A model generated the notes under the pieces. That model saw only the letters and a list, made by a program, of their open reading frames with translations, did not search any database and had not been told where the DNA came from. A DNA stretch of 64,000 bases, from contig NC_092676.1 in NCBI RefSeq assembly GCF_964355755.1, positions 15,332,871 through 15,396,870 on the forward strand, in the 5' to 3' direction. Within the stretch, counting starts at the first letter, position 1; each line of letters begins with the position of its first letter. The DNA comes from Antedon mediterranea. Lineage: Eukaryota; Animalia; Echinodermata. The position numbers and the translations under genes were made by a program. Shown one piece after another: positions 53,777-64,000 of this stretch.

Positions 53777-54612
53777 ATGTGTTTATATATCTAACAGTAG
53801 GGCCTACCCACACTCACAATCACAGTAATAAAGTTTAGATGTGTTTATATATCTAACAGTAGGGCCTACCCACACTCACAATCACAGTAATAAAGTTTAG
53901 ATGTGTTTATATCTAACAGTAGGGCCTACCCACACTCACAATCACAGTAATAAAGTTTATATGTGTGTATATATCTAACAGTAGGGCCTACCCACACTCA
54001 CAATCACAGTAATAAAGTTTATATGTGTTTATATATCTAACAGTAGGGCCTACCCACACTCACAATCACAGTAATAAAGTTTATATGTGTTTATATATCT
54101 AACAGTAGGGCCTACCCACACTCACAATCACAGTAATAATGTTTAGATGTGTTTATATCCAACAGTAGGGCCTACCCACACTCACAATCACAGTAATAAA
54201 GTTTAGATGTGTTTATATATCTAACAGTAGGGCCTACCCACACTCACAATCACAGTAATAAAGTTTATATGTGTTTATATCTAACAGTAGGGCCTACCCA
54301 CACTCACAATCACAGTAATAAAGTTTAGATGTGTGTATATCTAACAGTAGGGCCTACCCACACTCACAATCACAGTAATAAAGTTTATATGTGTTTATAT
54401 ATCTAACAGTAGGGCCTACCCACACTCACAATCACAGTTATAAAGTTTAGATGTGTTTATATATCTAACAGTAGGGCCTACCCACACTCACAATCACAGT
54501 AATAAAGTTTAGATGTGTTTATATATCTAACAGTAGGACCTACCCACACTCACAATCACAGTAATAAAGTTTATATGTATTTATATCTAACAGTACCCAC
54601 ATTCACAGTAAG
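53777..54612. repeat. 60-62-bp minisatellite, about 13 copies
   Basis: Unit ATGTGTTTATATATCTAACAGTAGGGCCTACCCACACTCACAATCACAGTAATAAAGTTTAG. Confidence 0.97.
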
Positions 54613-55337
54613 TAATTTGGGATTCAAGTGGCGACCAAAAATGGTTAATACGTATTTTACAGTATTGTCAAAATATTGCAATACTATATCTAAAGGTTTA
54701 AGTTTATCCCCCAAAGGCCCTTAAATTTACACTTTTGTTAAACCAATACTGGGAGAGTGAGAGATTAGAATGTTCCCTTCATAAATACATTTGTATAAAC
54801 GTATATTTAATCTATCAAAATAGTATTTTTTTAAAGAAAATCGCCCTGTCTTCAGGTGGTTAAAATCAGTAGCGAAAGTACGAACCAACTTTATATACCA
54901 TCGAGTAAACAATCTAGAAGTAACGTGGGATTCAATTTTTCTTAGGTAGATTTCTTTAAATGTGCCATAATATGAAACACATTTTGTGTGTGCATATTAC
55001 GAGTTGTGGTTATTAACTATTTGTATACTATTATCATATGGATCAATCATTTAACACCACATGTTCATTCATTTTATCCACCACCGCTTTCATCTTGAAT
55101 AAAACGGCAATATAAAAAAGTGCTGCTCAGATTTTAAAAATAAATCAGTTTTATTGCGCATTATTCACCATTCTAGGCTGTCATACATAATCACAAGATG
55201 ATTACAAAAAGCTCATCGGGCAATACTTGTAACCTGTTAACAAAAATTGTTTATTATTCGTAAAATGTTAGCATTAGTTGTTACTATTTCTATAATTACA
55301 CAACTTAAATCAGGTCAATTTACGAAAAGTTTTTACT

Positions 55338-56257
55338 AGAATGGCCTGATGAATAGTGTATTTAGTTGAACGACCTGCTGAATAGTATACAGTATCACTG
55401 AACGGCCTGATGAATAGTGTATTTAATTGAACGACCTGCTGAATAGTATACAGTAAAACTGAACGGCCTAATGAATAGTGTATTTAATTGAATGACCTGC
55501 TGAATAGTAGACAGTATCACTGAACGGCCTGCTGAATAGTGTATTTAATTGAACAACCTGCTGAATAGTATACAGTATCACTAAACGGCCTGCTGAATAG
55601 TGTATTTAATTGAACGACCTGCTGAATAGTATACAGTATAACTGAACGGCCTAATGAATAGTGTATTTAATTGAACGACCTGCGGAATAGTATACAGTAT
55701 CACTGAACGGCCTAATGAATAGTGTATTTAATTGAATGACCTGCTGAATAGTATACAGTATCACTGAACGGCCTAATGAATAGTGTATTTAATTGAACGA
55801 CCTGCGGAATAGTATACAGTATCTCTGAACGGCCTGCTAAATAGTGTATTTAATTGAATGACCTGCTGAATAGTATACAGTATCACTGAACGGCCTAATG
55901 AATAGTGTATTTAATTGAACGACCTGCGGAATAGTATACAGTATCACTGAACGGCCTAATGAATAGTGTATTTAATTGAACGACCTGCGGAATAGTATAC
56001 AGTATAACTGAACAGCCTAATGAATAGTGTATTTAATTGAATGACCTGCTGAATAGTATACAGTATCACTGAACGGCCTGATGAATAATGTATTTCATTG
56101 AATGACCTGCTGAATAGTATACAGTATAACTGAACGGCCTGATGAATAGTGTATTTAATTGAATGACCTGCTGAATAGTATACAGTATCACTGAACGGCC
56201 TACTGAATAATGTATTTCATTGAATGACCTGCTGAATAGTATACAGTATAACTGAAC
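55338..56257. repeat. 61-bp dimeric minisatellite (29+32 bp subunits), about 15 copies
   Basis: TGAACGGCCTGATGAATAGTGTATTTAAT + TGAACGACCTGCTGAATAGTATACAGTATCAC. Confidence 0.96.
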
Positions 56258-56355
56258 TGAAATTTAAATTATGAAATTGAAAACAAATGAAATTATGGTT
56301 CCACCTTTAGGAAAGTTGCATGTTCTCATTTTTTAGTTTTTATTTTTTATTTTAG

Positions 56356-56474
56356 GAGATAATTTCTGATAAATGCAAGAGTGATTCTTCAAGACCAACA
56401 TTAACCAGTAATGAATTTGTAGAGCTTTTTAAAGAAACAACAACAAGACCTGAGATTTATTTTCTCTTAGTTCG
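56356..56474 (+). CDS. PLCL: PLCL exon, EF-hand region
   Basis: ttttag| ... |gtgagt; 119 bp, phase 0-2; EIISDKCKSDSSRPTLTSNEFVELFKETTTRPEIYFLLVR. Confidence 0.93.
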
Positions 56475-56620
56475 GTGAGTATAATTATATTCACCTTCCT
56501 ATCTTACTATAATTCACCAAATCTCTGTCTGTCTGTCATTTTGATTTCAGAATTGTTGTTTAAATTGTATTTTTATGGGATGTAGTAATTTTCAAATATA
56601 TATTTTATAAAAATTTTCAG

Positions 56621-56684
56621 GTATGCCAGCAATGATTATATGACTGCAGATGATTTATTGTTGTTTTTAGAAACAGAACAAGGG
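56621..56684 (+). CDS. PLCL: PLCL exon, EF-hand region
   Basis: ttttcag| ... |gtaggt; 64 bp, phase 2-0; YASNDYMTADDLLLFLETEQG. Confidence 0.93.
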
Positions 56685-58743
56685 GTAGGTATTTAAATAT
56701 TCAAATATTGTAACACACCTAATTGTATTCTTGACATTTGATTGGTTAATTACGCATCACATGTAATTTGGAATTAGCCCTACCTAACAAGAAGTTGATA
56801 TCTAACGTACTCTAAATGTACAATTAGATTTCTGTAAACATTTGAGAATGTTTGCCATGCGATGTTGTTGACAGATCGCGTTTGGAAATCAAGTTGTTGT
56901 GCATGCCATTTTGTTGTTCTACTGTACGTCCAGGGATGGGATTCCTCCGCGGATCCATGGATTTCTGCGTTTTTAAAGATTAATTTGATATTTCGATATT
57001 ATTATATAGACTCGGTCAATTACGATCGATTTTCGCGTGTAGATTTTTAAATATAAATGAGATTTTTTCTTATTGCAAACTATTGCCTTTGTTTAGTGGC
57101 ACTATTTACTGTAATTAACACGTCAGTTCTTTTGTTTTTCGTAGGTATTTTTTCAGTAACCGCGAACTGTTAAAATTGTGTGTAATGAAACCGACTGCGG
57201 GGTTAATATCTTCACAAATGTTTTCATTCATCTCTCTCTCGATCTTACAAAAATTTGTTAATAAAATCTACATTTATAGAGTTAAATGTTTCGTTTGTAA
57301 TTTATTAAAAAATGAACTATGGCCCAGATGCCACCTTGGTTGGCGATTGACGAATCGGGCCCATTCTAAAAATAAAGGGAAGCACTGCCTCTTTAATGGT
57401 CTAGCTTCCCGGCCTAGCGTTACTCAATGATTTATGATGGATAAATTGAATAAATGTAGATGTATTATTAAACAAATGAATGTATTGGTTGAATGGAGAG
57501 AATATTTCATTTGATGAAAAATTGACTGCTTATTTTTCACTCTATTATCATACTCATAAACATTCATTTTTTGTATTTCAACCCATTTAAACAAATTCCA
57601 ATTGATGTTTGTCCGCATACTCATTGTGGGCTATAGAGAATAATAGTTCCCATCAATAACAATTTTTTGTTCATTGCATTCCTGGTTACTATACATTCCA
57701 GGCACAAATAACAGTATCATAGAAAGCAACCAATCAACTTGTGAGTTTCTTACGTAGATTAATTTCTTTCAATTGCTAATATTAAGTTTAATTTCTTTTT
57801 GATGAGCTTGTTATTTGACGTAATCAAAGGTTGAATTAAGTTTCTTATTCAAGCTTTTTCCTATGCAACACAAATCATTGAAAGTGGAGATGTTTCTATA
57901 TTATGCTGCTGTTTATGGTGTTATCACCTAAGTTACCGTCTCCATAGTTGTCTTTTTTTGTATAAATTATTGTATATCAACTGTACTTCAAATAACTAAA
58001 TCATCAAAAATAATATTAAACTGAAACGGCTGATTGTTATGTTTATACATCTTCTTAGTAGGTGACGCAAACCGTCTACTTGACGTCGGCTTACATAGGA
58101 TTTAGACACATTTACACACTCAACATATCATTTAAAATCTACTAAACTTACAACAAATAAAGTATAAAATCTTAAACATATATTCAAAAGATAAATATAA
58201 AGTCAATGGATTAGGTCAACTTTTAAATTTGTTTTTAGTTTCTAATTATCATTTTCATATTAAATATTTAAATCATTTGTAGCATTCACATTCTTTTTAC
58301 CAAAAGGTAAATTCTGTTTCCTATTTCAAATTTATATTATTTATGTTTATAATACATATTTTATTATGTTAGTGTTTGACGTTGTAACCTTTTAATTATG
58401 CACAATGTTATTGACAAGTTGGACATATAATTAAAGATTATCCTCCTAAAAAACTATTTAAAAAAAATTGTTTTGTTGAATTTACCATAGTAATTCAATT
58501 TGACCAAAAGTTGGATTAAAAAACAAAATTATTTACACGAAGACCTATTAAAAGTCTTTTTTTTTTAAATTTAAATATTAATCTTCATTTTTAATGTTTT
58601 TTGGGAGACAAACATCTTTAATTACAACTGAACATATTCAGATATTTTGGTCAGCTCTTACATTATTTGTTCTTCAGCTCAATTTCTAATACATATTTAA
58701 AAATAAATACAGTAAAACCAATTTTTTAGGAGACACCACATTT

Positions 58744-58867
58744 AAAGTTGGTTAGGATGCAACACAAGGATATAATCCAATGTGATGGATTATTTACTTG
58801 TCATATTGGCCAACTGCTTTCATTGTGTCTACGTCCTTGTGTTGCGTCTATAGTGGGAACCACGTTT
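58744..58867. mobile_element. Short degenerate hairpin MITE
   Basis: GATGCAACACAAGGA / TCCTTGTGTTGCGTC inverted pair with AAAG.TGGTT / AACCACGTTT ends. Confidence 0.5.
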
Positions 58868-60141
58868 TAGGGATGTTTTAACAGTACAGCTAACTCCTAT
58901 AGCAGTCCCATCCCAAAGATGCCACATTAATACCCTAGTATTTGTTGATAATATAAGTATCTACATTTATATACTGTTCATTTAACCTTACAATAAATAT
59001 GTAATTGTAATATTTGAATATAATTAATACATACATCACATTTATAGCATTTATTTGAAACAGGTGAACCAGATTTAAATTCCAAGAATATCACAACCTA
59101 AATATTTCCATTTTATTCTTTACATAAAATATTTTTCTTTACATAATTAATCAAGTACAGTGAACCGGGAAAAAGGCTACATGGTAACAATGTAATAAAC
59201 AATTTGATTGGAAATACAGTAATTGTATACAATCATTTTGCAAATAAGACAAAAACAGTGCCTGTATAAAAAGCTGTAATTTAAACCATCCAGCAATATT
59301 AAAATAGGTGTGTACAAAATAAGTAAAGAAATTGGAAACCACTCAATGTAATTGCCAATCCAGTTTTGAAAATGAAATTAGGGATCTTTTACATGTGATT
59401 TTATAGTATACAAATAATGAATGTTTTTTTAGTTGGATGGTGAAAATATTTTAGGAGTTGAAAAATTGGCTCTATTTTCATCGAATGAAATATTCATTCA
59501 ACAAATACAAAACATTCATTATTTGCAACAAATTCTAGACCGAGAAGCTAGATTAAAAAAATATGCAGTGCTCCAACTTTATTCGCAGTGTAAAACAGCA
59601 TGCACAACAAGATGATTTCCGAACACGATCAGTCAATGTCGCTTGGAAAAATTCTCAAAATGTTTTTACAGAAAGCTCAACATGTATTATCACCATTAAA
59701 TATTCCTTTTCTAGAGATAGGGCTAATTCAATTGACATGTGATGCGTAATTAACCAAATGTATGTAAGGCTGGCAAATTTCGGTAAATTGCACATAAAAA
59801 GTTTTTACAAACCTCAGAACTAATTTTTAGTGCATAATGAAATTCTGTTTTAGATAATTAATTTAGAACATTTAGGTTAAACTATTTGCCCCTAATAGGG
59901 CATTTCTAAATATGGTACACACTGTCTATGGATCTCTGGTTGAATGCTGAAACATATCCACATTGTACTACAAAGATGCTTCATAGCTCTCTGTCTGCAA
60001 TTTAATTATTCTTTAGTGTGTGCTATCCATAATGCTCTACTCCTTTGCCTGACTGTCCTATTTTCAACAATCAACTCATGAAATATTCTCCTCAACTCAT
60101 ATATATATAGTCATTATTTTTATACTTATATCATACGATAT

Positions 60142-60742
60142 GTGGCATATGCAAGGGAAATCAGACATAATTCGGAATTGTCAAAATTTTGATTTTCACA
60201 AATACTGAAACTAAATATTCCAAGATTTAAAATGGTGAAGAATATTTTGATACCATGTCTACTTCCAAAGATATCTGAGTCTAAAGTTTTGGCTGTTGCA
60301 ATCAGTGTTTTGAGGAAAATGCTTTTAAAATTAAGTAACCGGAAATGACAAATACAAAACAATAAACAGGGCCTTTAAGTTTACGCCTTAACAAAGGGTA
60401 TTCTAATTGATTTATTTCAATGAAACTTCGCACCTTTGTTAATTAATTATTGTTCTAATATTATGCAATATTTTCATTAAAAACAACCCACTAGAACATG
60501 ATTTTATAAAAATCATACATAATTTACACATTTACATAATTTTTTAACCAACATACCTCACAAAATGTTACAATTTTTGCATTTATTGGTATCAAATTAG
60601 AAAAACACCAAGGTAATTTGTAAATAAATATTGTTTCAGCTATCATTTTCTGTAAAAATAAAAAAATGAAATTTTTCAGCCTTTTATTGTCTCTACAAAT
60701 CTACACATGCGACTTATGTCTGATTTCGCTTGCATGTGCCGC
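60142..60742. mobile_element. Non-autonomous TIR element flanked by ATAT (superfamily uncertain, possibly Sola-like)
   Basis: TIR GTGGCATATGCAAGGGAAATCAGACATAATTCG / CGACTTATGTCTGATTTCGCTTGCATGTGCCGC; ATAT at 60138-60141 and 60743-60746. Confidence 0.75.
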
Positions 60743-60941
60743 ATATAACTACTGTAATTCAGGAGAACTTTAAATTCTCAGAAAAGTACCTAATATTCAA
60801 TTAATGCACAGGTAATTATAGTAATCAAATAATAATAAATAACGATTGAAATATTTGATTTGATCATTTGTGCTCATTATTTATCCTATAAATTTAATAT
60901 GCTTACAAATTGCTAAATGAGTTTTTTTTCCAATTGAATAG

Positions 60942-61035
60942 ATGACAGGCTTATCAAGAGAAGCATGTTTAGCTTTAATCCAGGAATATGAGCTGACAGA
61001 TGAAGGCAAACAAAATGGATATCTTGGAATTGACG
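60942..61035 (+). CDS. PLCL: PLCL exon, last EF-hand
   Basis: gaatag| ... |gtaaga; 94 bp, phase 0-1; MTGLSREACLALIQEYELTDEGKQNGYLGID. Confidence 0.92.
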
Positions 61036-61481
61036 GTAAGATTGATCTTGATTCTCAAGCTTTTATATTCATCCATTTGATATCCAAATAGTTTATCGGT
61101 CGATGTTATTGATAATATTTGTTGATCAGGCTTTATAATTCGTTTGTTCTTAATCTTTATGTAATGTGCGGGAACTTTGTGTTTTCTAATTTATTGAATT
61201 TAATTTAAATTTGTGGAAAGTCTATTCTGGTATGGTAATTGATAAATGTCAGATTAAATCAAGATATGCTTTTATTTATTTTTCTATTTATTTCGTCTCA
61301 GGATTTTCTTTTTATAAAGCATGCTTCAGATAATTATTAAAACAGTTATAAAACCATGCCTGCGACGAATATAATTTCTGTTTGTGACTGGGGAAAAACA
61401 GCAGTTACTTAACAAAATCTTTTTTCTTTGAATCATAACACCGACGGGCCAATTCTTAGAAAATTACTTCATAGTTTGGCA

Positions 61482-61576
61482 TGTTTGGTAATGGCCAGTA
61501 GGGCTGTCATACTCGTCAGGTGACTGTATGTGTCTTTACACCTGAGTATGACAGCCCTTCTGGCCATTACCAAACA
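61482..61576. repeat. 95-bp near-perfect inverted repeat (hairpin)
   Basis: TGTTTGGTAATGGCCAGTAGGGCTGTCATACTC / GAGTATGACAGCCCTTCTGGCCATTACCAAACA (1 mismatch), inner CAGGTG / CACCTG. Confidence 0.85.
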
Positions 61577-62488
61577 CATTATTAGTAGTGAATACTGCTC
61601 TATGTTGATACAGTATATATAGAACAGGAAAAAACAAGTCACTAAACTACAATATTTTGCAATTTAATTTAAAAGACTGCATAAATAAACCGTTCCAAGA
61701 ATTGTTTTTTCAATTTGGTTGCATATAAATTTTCATATCTTAATGTGTATTATTATGCAAGCATACATTGTTTGTGTGTTCATTTGTTCATCTTCATCTA
61801 TTTTTACAGTTTTTATAAAACATGCATTTCAAATGTACATGTTCTTTTAAAGTAGATTTATATTATTAATAATATATAGTTTTTCTTTTAATTCAATTGT
61901 TTAAGATAGAATTCTACTGCATAATAAATCATACAAATTGTACACATTCTCTTTAAAATATTCTACATAATAGAATAATCTTCAAATTTTAAATTTATCT
62001 ATGGTAATATTTCTTTAATTGATTAAAGCGAATTCTATGCATACACATTTTGATAAATGTATACATATTGAGTTGGGCCATATAGGTATTACATAATACA
62101 CTACAGTTTTCTTTTTAAATGAATCCTAAATAAACATTCCATATGATTATGTAGAGATCTTTTTAATGCTTTTTCATAACTTACTTCAACCATTTGTTAT
62201 TTAATTCAATAATATTTAATGCCATTATAGATTTTTATTCAGACACATAGAACGATGATATCATGTGTGTTATGACTTTATGAAATAGAAAGCGTGTCTT
62301 TAATTAATTATAAATTTTATTTGTTTTTAAATGTTCATTTCCTGTGTTTACTATATTGTGTTGAATAATTGTAAAGCATTGATTGATTTATATTTATTTA
62401 GGAATGTTATTGTGAAGTTTACAAAATAGTTTTAATAGTTGATAGAGGATTTTAATAGCTGATCGATGTATATATTTTATCATCTTAG

Positions 62489-62606
62489 GTTTTACAAGAT
62501 ATTTGATTTCAGAGCAATGTGAATTGATGGACCAGCATCATAAGAGTGTATGCCAGGACATGACCCAACCAATGTCGCACTATTTCATCGCTGCTTCACA
62601 TAACAC
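62489..62606 (+). CDS. PLCL: PLCL exon, start of catalytic X-box
   Basis: tcttag| ... |gtacgt; 118 bp, phase 1-2; [40 protein letters not shown] (overlaps track ORF 62503..62715). Confidence 0.96.
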
Positions 62607-63216
62607 GTACGTGTCATCTGAAAGGCAGGTAGTGGAAGATATCACGCTTCCCTCCCTCTCCTTGCTGCTAACCCCTCCTGCTAGTTTCTTGTTGCTTTTG
62701 TACCATTCTATATAACAACTATTACTACAAATGTTCATTTTTATATTATTTTTTTCCCTTTATTGTTGTTTCTTAATGTTGCCACATCTCCTTCTTCTTT
62801 TTATCAATGATGAGGTAGAGGGCAGAGCAGACCTGAATTTTCTGGTTCACCTCTGATCACTGAAATGAAAACTGTTATATCAACCTCTTAACATACACCT
62901 TTATTCATAATACAATTGTTTTCTACTTTAATATCAGATGTGTCATGTGTTTAATTTTAATTTTTTTCATGCTTGATTTACTTTCTCGCATATATTATGT
63001 TAAACATATTTTCTTTTTAAACCATGGCAACCGGTTTTTATTATGATTACATTAATGTCTTCATCTTGTAATTTCATGTCTCATGCATGTACTGTTTCAC
63101 TAGATTCTGTTGAATTTTTGTAGATTAAAAGCAATTATATCCTGTATTGTAATAAATCATATTCATATTACTTTACCATTTGAAACTTAAATAATAATTT
63201 TCTTTGAAATGTTTAG

Positions 63217-63302
63217 TTACCTCACAGAAGACCAGTTAAAAGGCCCTTCCAGTATTGGTGCATATGTTAGAGTGTTAAGGAAAGGATGTAGATGGATTGA
63301 AT
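63217..63302 (+). CDS. PLCL: PLCL exon, X-box
   Basis: gtttag| ... |gtaagt; 86 bp, phase 2-1; YLTEDQLKGPSSIGAYVRVLRKGCRWIE. Confidence 0.95.
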
Positions 63303-63580
63303 GTAAGTATACACAAATGTTGTCATGAAATCACACAGAAATCACAAACATTTCATAGTTTTTCATAGAATTTAATTAAAGAAAAAATAGTTTCTACATT
63401 TCCATTCCATTAAAATAGAAGACAAAAAAAATCAATTTGAGATGAAATAACATATGATAAAATCAATTCACTGTTTTGAATTTGAAACAGCAGAAAAAAA
63501 GAGAAGGATGAAAATATTTATGGTAGAACTGTGAATGATTACTTAATTTGATGTTTTTGTTTGGCTTTTTCTATTTTTAG

Positions 63581-63701
63581 TGGATTGTTGGGATGGGGCA
63601 AATGGAGAACCCATCATTTACCATGGACATACTCTAACATCTAAGATCTCGTTCAAGTCTGTCATAGAAACAATTAACCAGCACGCATTTGAAACTTCAG
63701 A
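63581..63701 (+). CDS. PLCL: PLCL exon, X-box
   Basis: tttttag| ... |gtaagt; 121 bp, phase 1-2; [40 protein letters not shown]. Confidence 0.96.
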
Positions 63702-64000
63702 GTAAGTCATATTTTAAAACTAATAATTACGCTTGTGGTGAATATATCAAGAGAACAAAAATTGTGCTGTACTTTTTAACATTGTTTTTCAGTACTAGCA
63801 AATATTATAACACCTAAATAGATTCCTGTCATTTGATTGGACAATTGTGAATCACATGATAAAAACGAGGTGCCCTGTCAATTGCTCCACAAAACAGGTT
63901 AAATGCCGATTTTTACTGGTTGAAGCCCGGGACAGCAAGAGCGTGGTGAATTACTATTTCTCCTTGAAATTATTTATACCATTCATTATTTGTATACTAT

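Larger units (their letters stand above)
40103..63701 (+). other. PLCL: Partial multi-exon gene: phospholipase C-like protein (PLCL/PRIP family; PH + EF-hand + start of catalytic X domain); continues beyond the right edge
   Basis: Ten exons join with matching intron phases and no stops. The translation ASDCLNLMQNGCQLIKVRSSSRTYHRIFTL...DLIASTADEANIWITGLMYL...TRPEIYFLLVRY...LLLFLETEQG...GYLGIDGFTRYL...[30 protein letters not shown]...GCRWIELDCWDG...[10 protein letters not shown] matches PI-PLCs. The PH and EF signatures, from recalled sequences, are closest to PLCL1/PLCL2. Confidence 0.93.

Noticed and set aside
8235-56257. Tandem arrays as CRISPR arrays
   Set aside because: Units are head-to-tail with no unique spacers, there are no cas genes, and the context is eukaryotic and intronic.
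1468-60362. Remaining 60-110 aa ORFs in the track
   Set aside because: Composition rich in I, F, L, K and N as expected from random AT-rich DNA; no domains or splice-consistent structure.
62607-62715. C-terminal part of track ORF 62503..62715
   Set aside because: Intron read-through after the donor at 62607; PLC homology continues at 63217.

Overview
AT-rich (about 30% GC by eye) eukaryotic DNA, most likely from an invertebrate animal. It is not prokaryotic, and nearly all ORFs in the supplied track are spurious. The + strand carries the 5' half of an intron-rich phospholipase C-like gene of the PLCL/PRIP type. Ten in-phase coding exons from 40103 to 63701 encode the PH domain, EF-hands and the start of the catalytic X-box, and there is a candidate start exon at 34999-35068. 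One intron (49009-52052) is a minor-spliceosome U12 AT-AC intron, and the visible catalytic residues are intact, unlike vertebrate PLCL. The rest is intronic or intergenic: eight unrelated minisatellite arrays (about 9 kb), many non-autonomous DNA transposons (Tc1/mariner-pogo, PIF/Harbinger, piggyBac-, Kolobok- and Helentron-like), LINE fragments and a DIRS-like remnant. TACAGTA/TACTGTA heptamers are in strong excess and look like Tc1/mariner excision footprints; one sits inside a satellite unit. I found no clearly new biological system. All calls come from reading the sequence by eye and no database searches were run.
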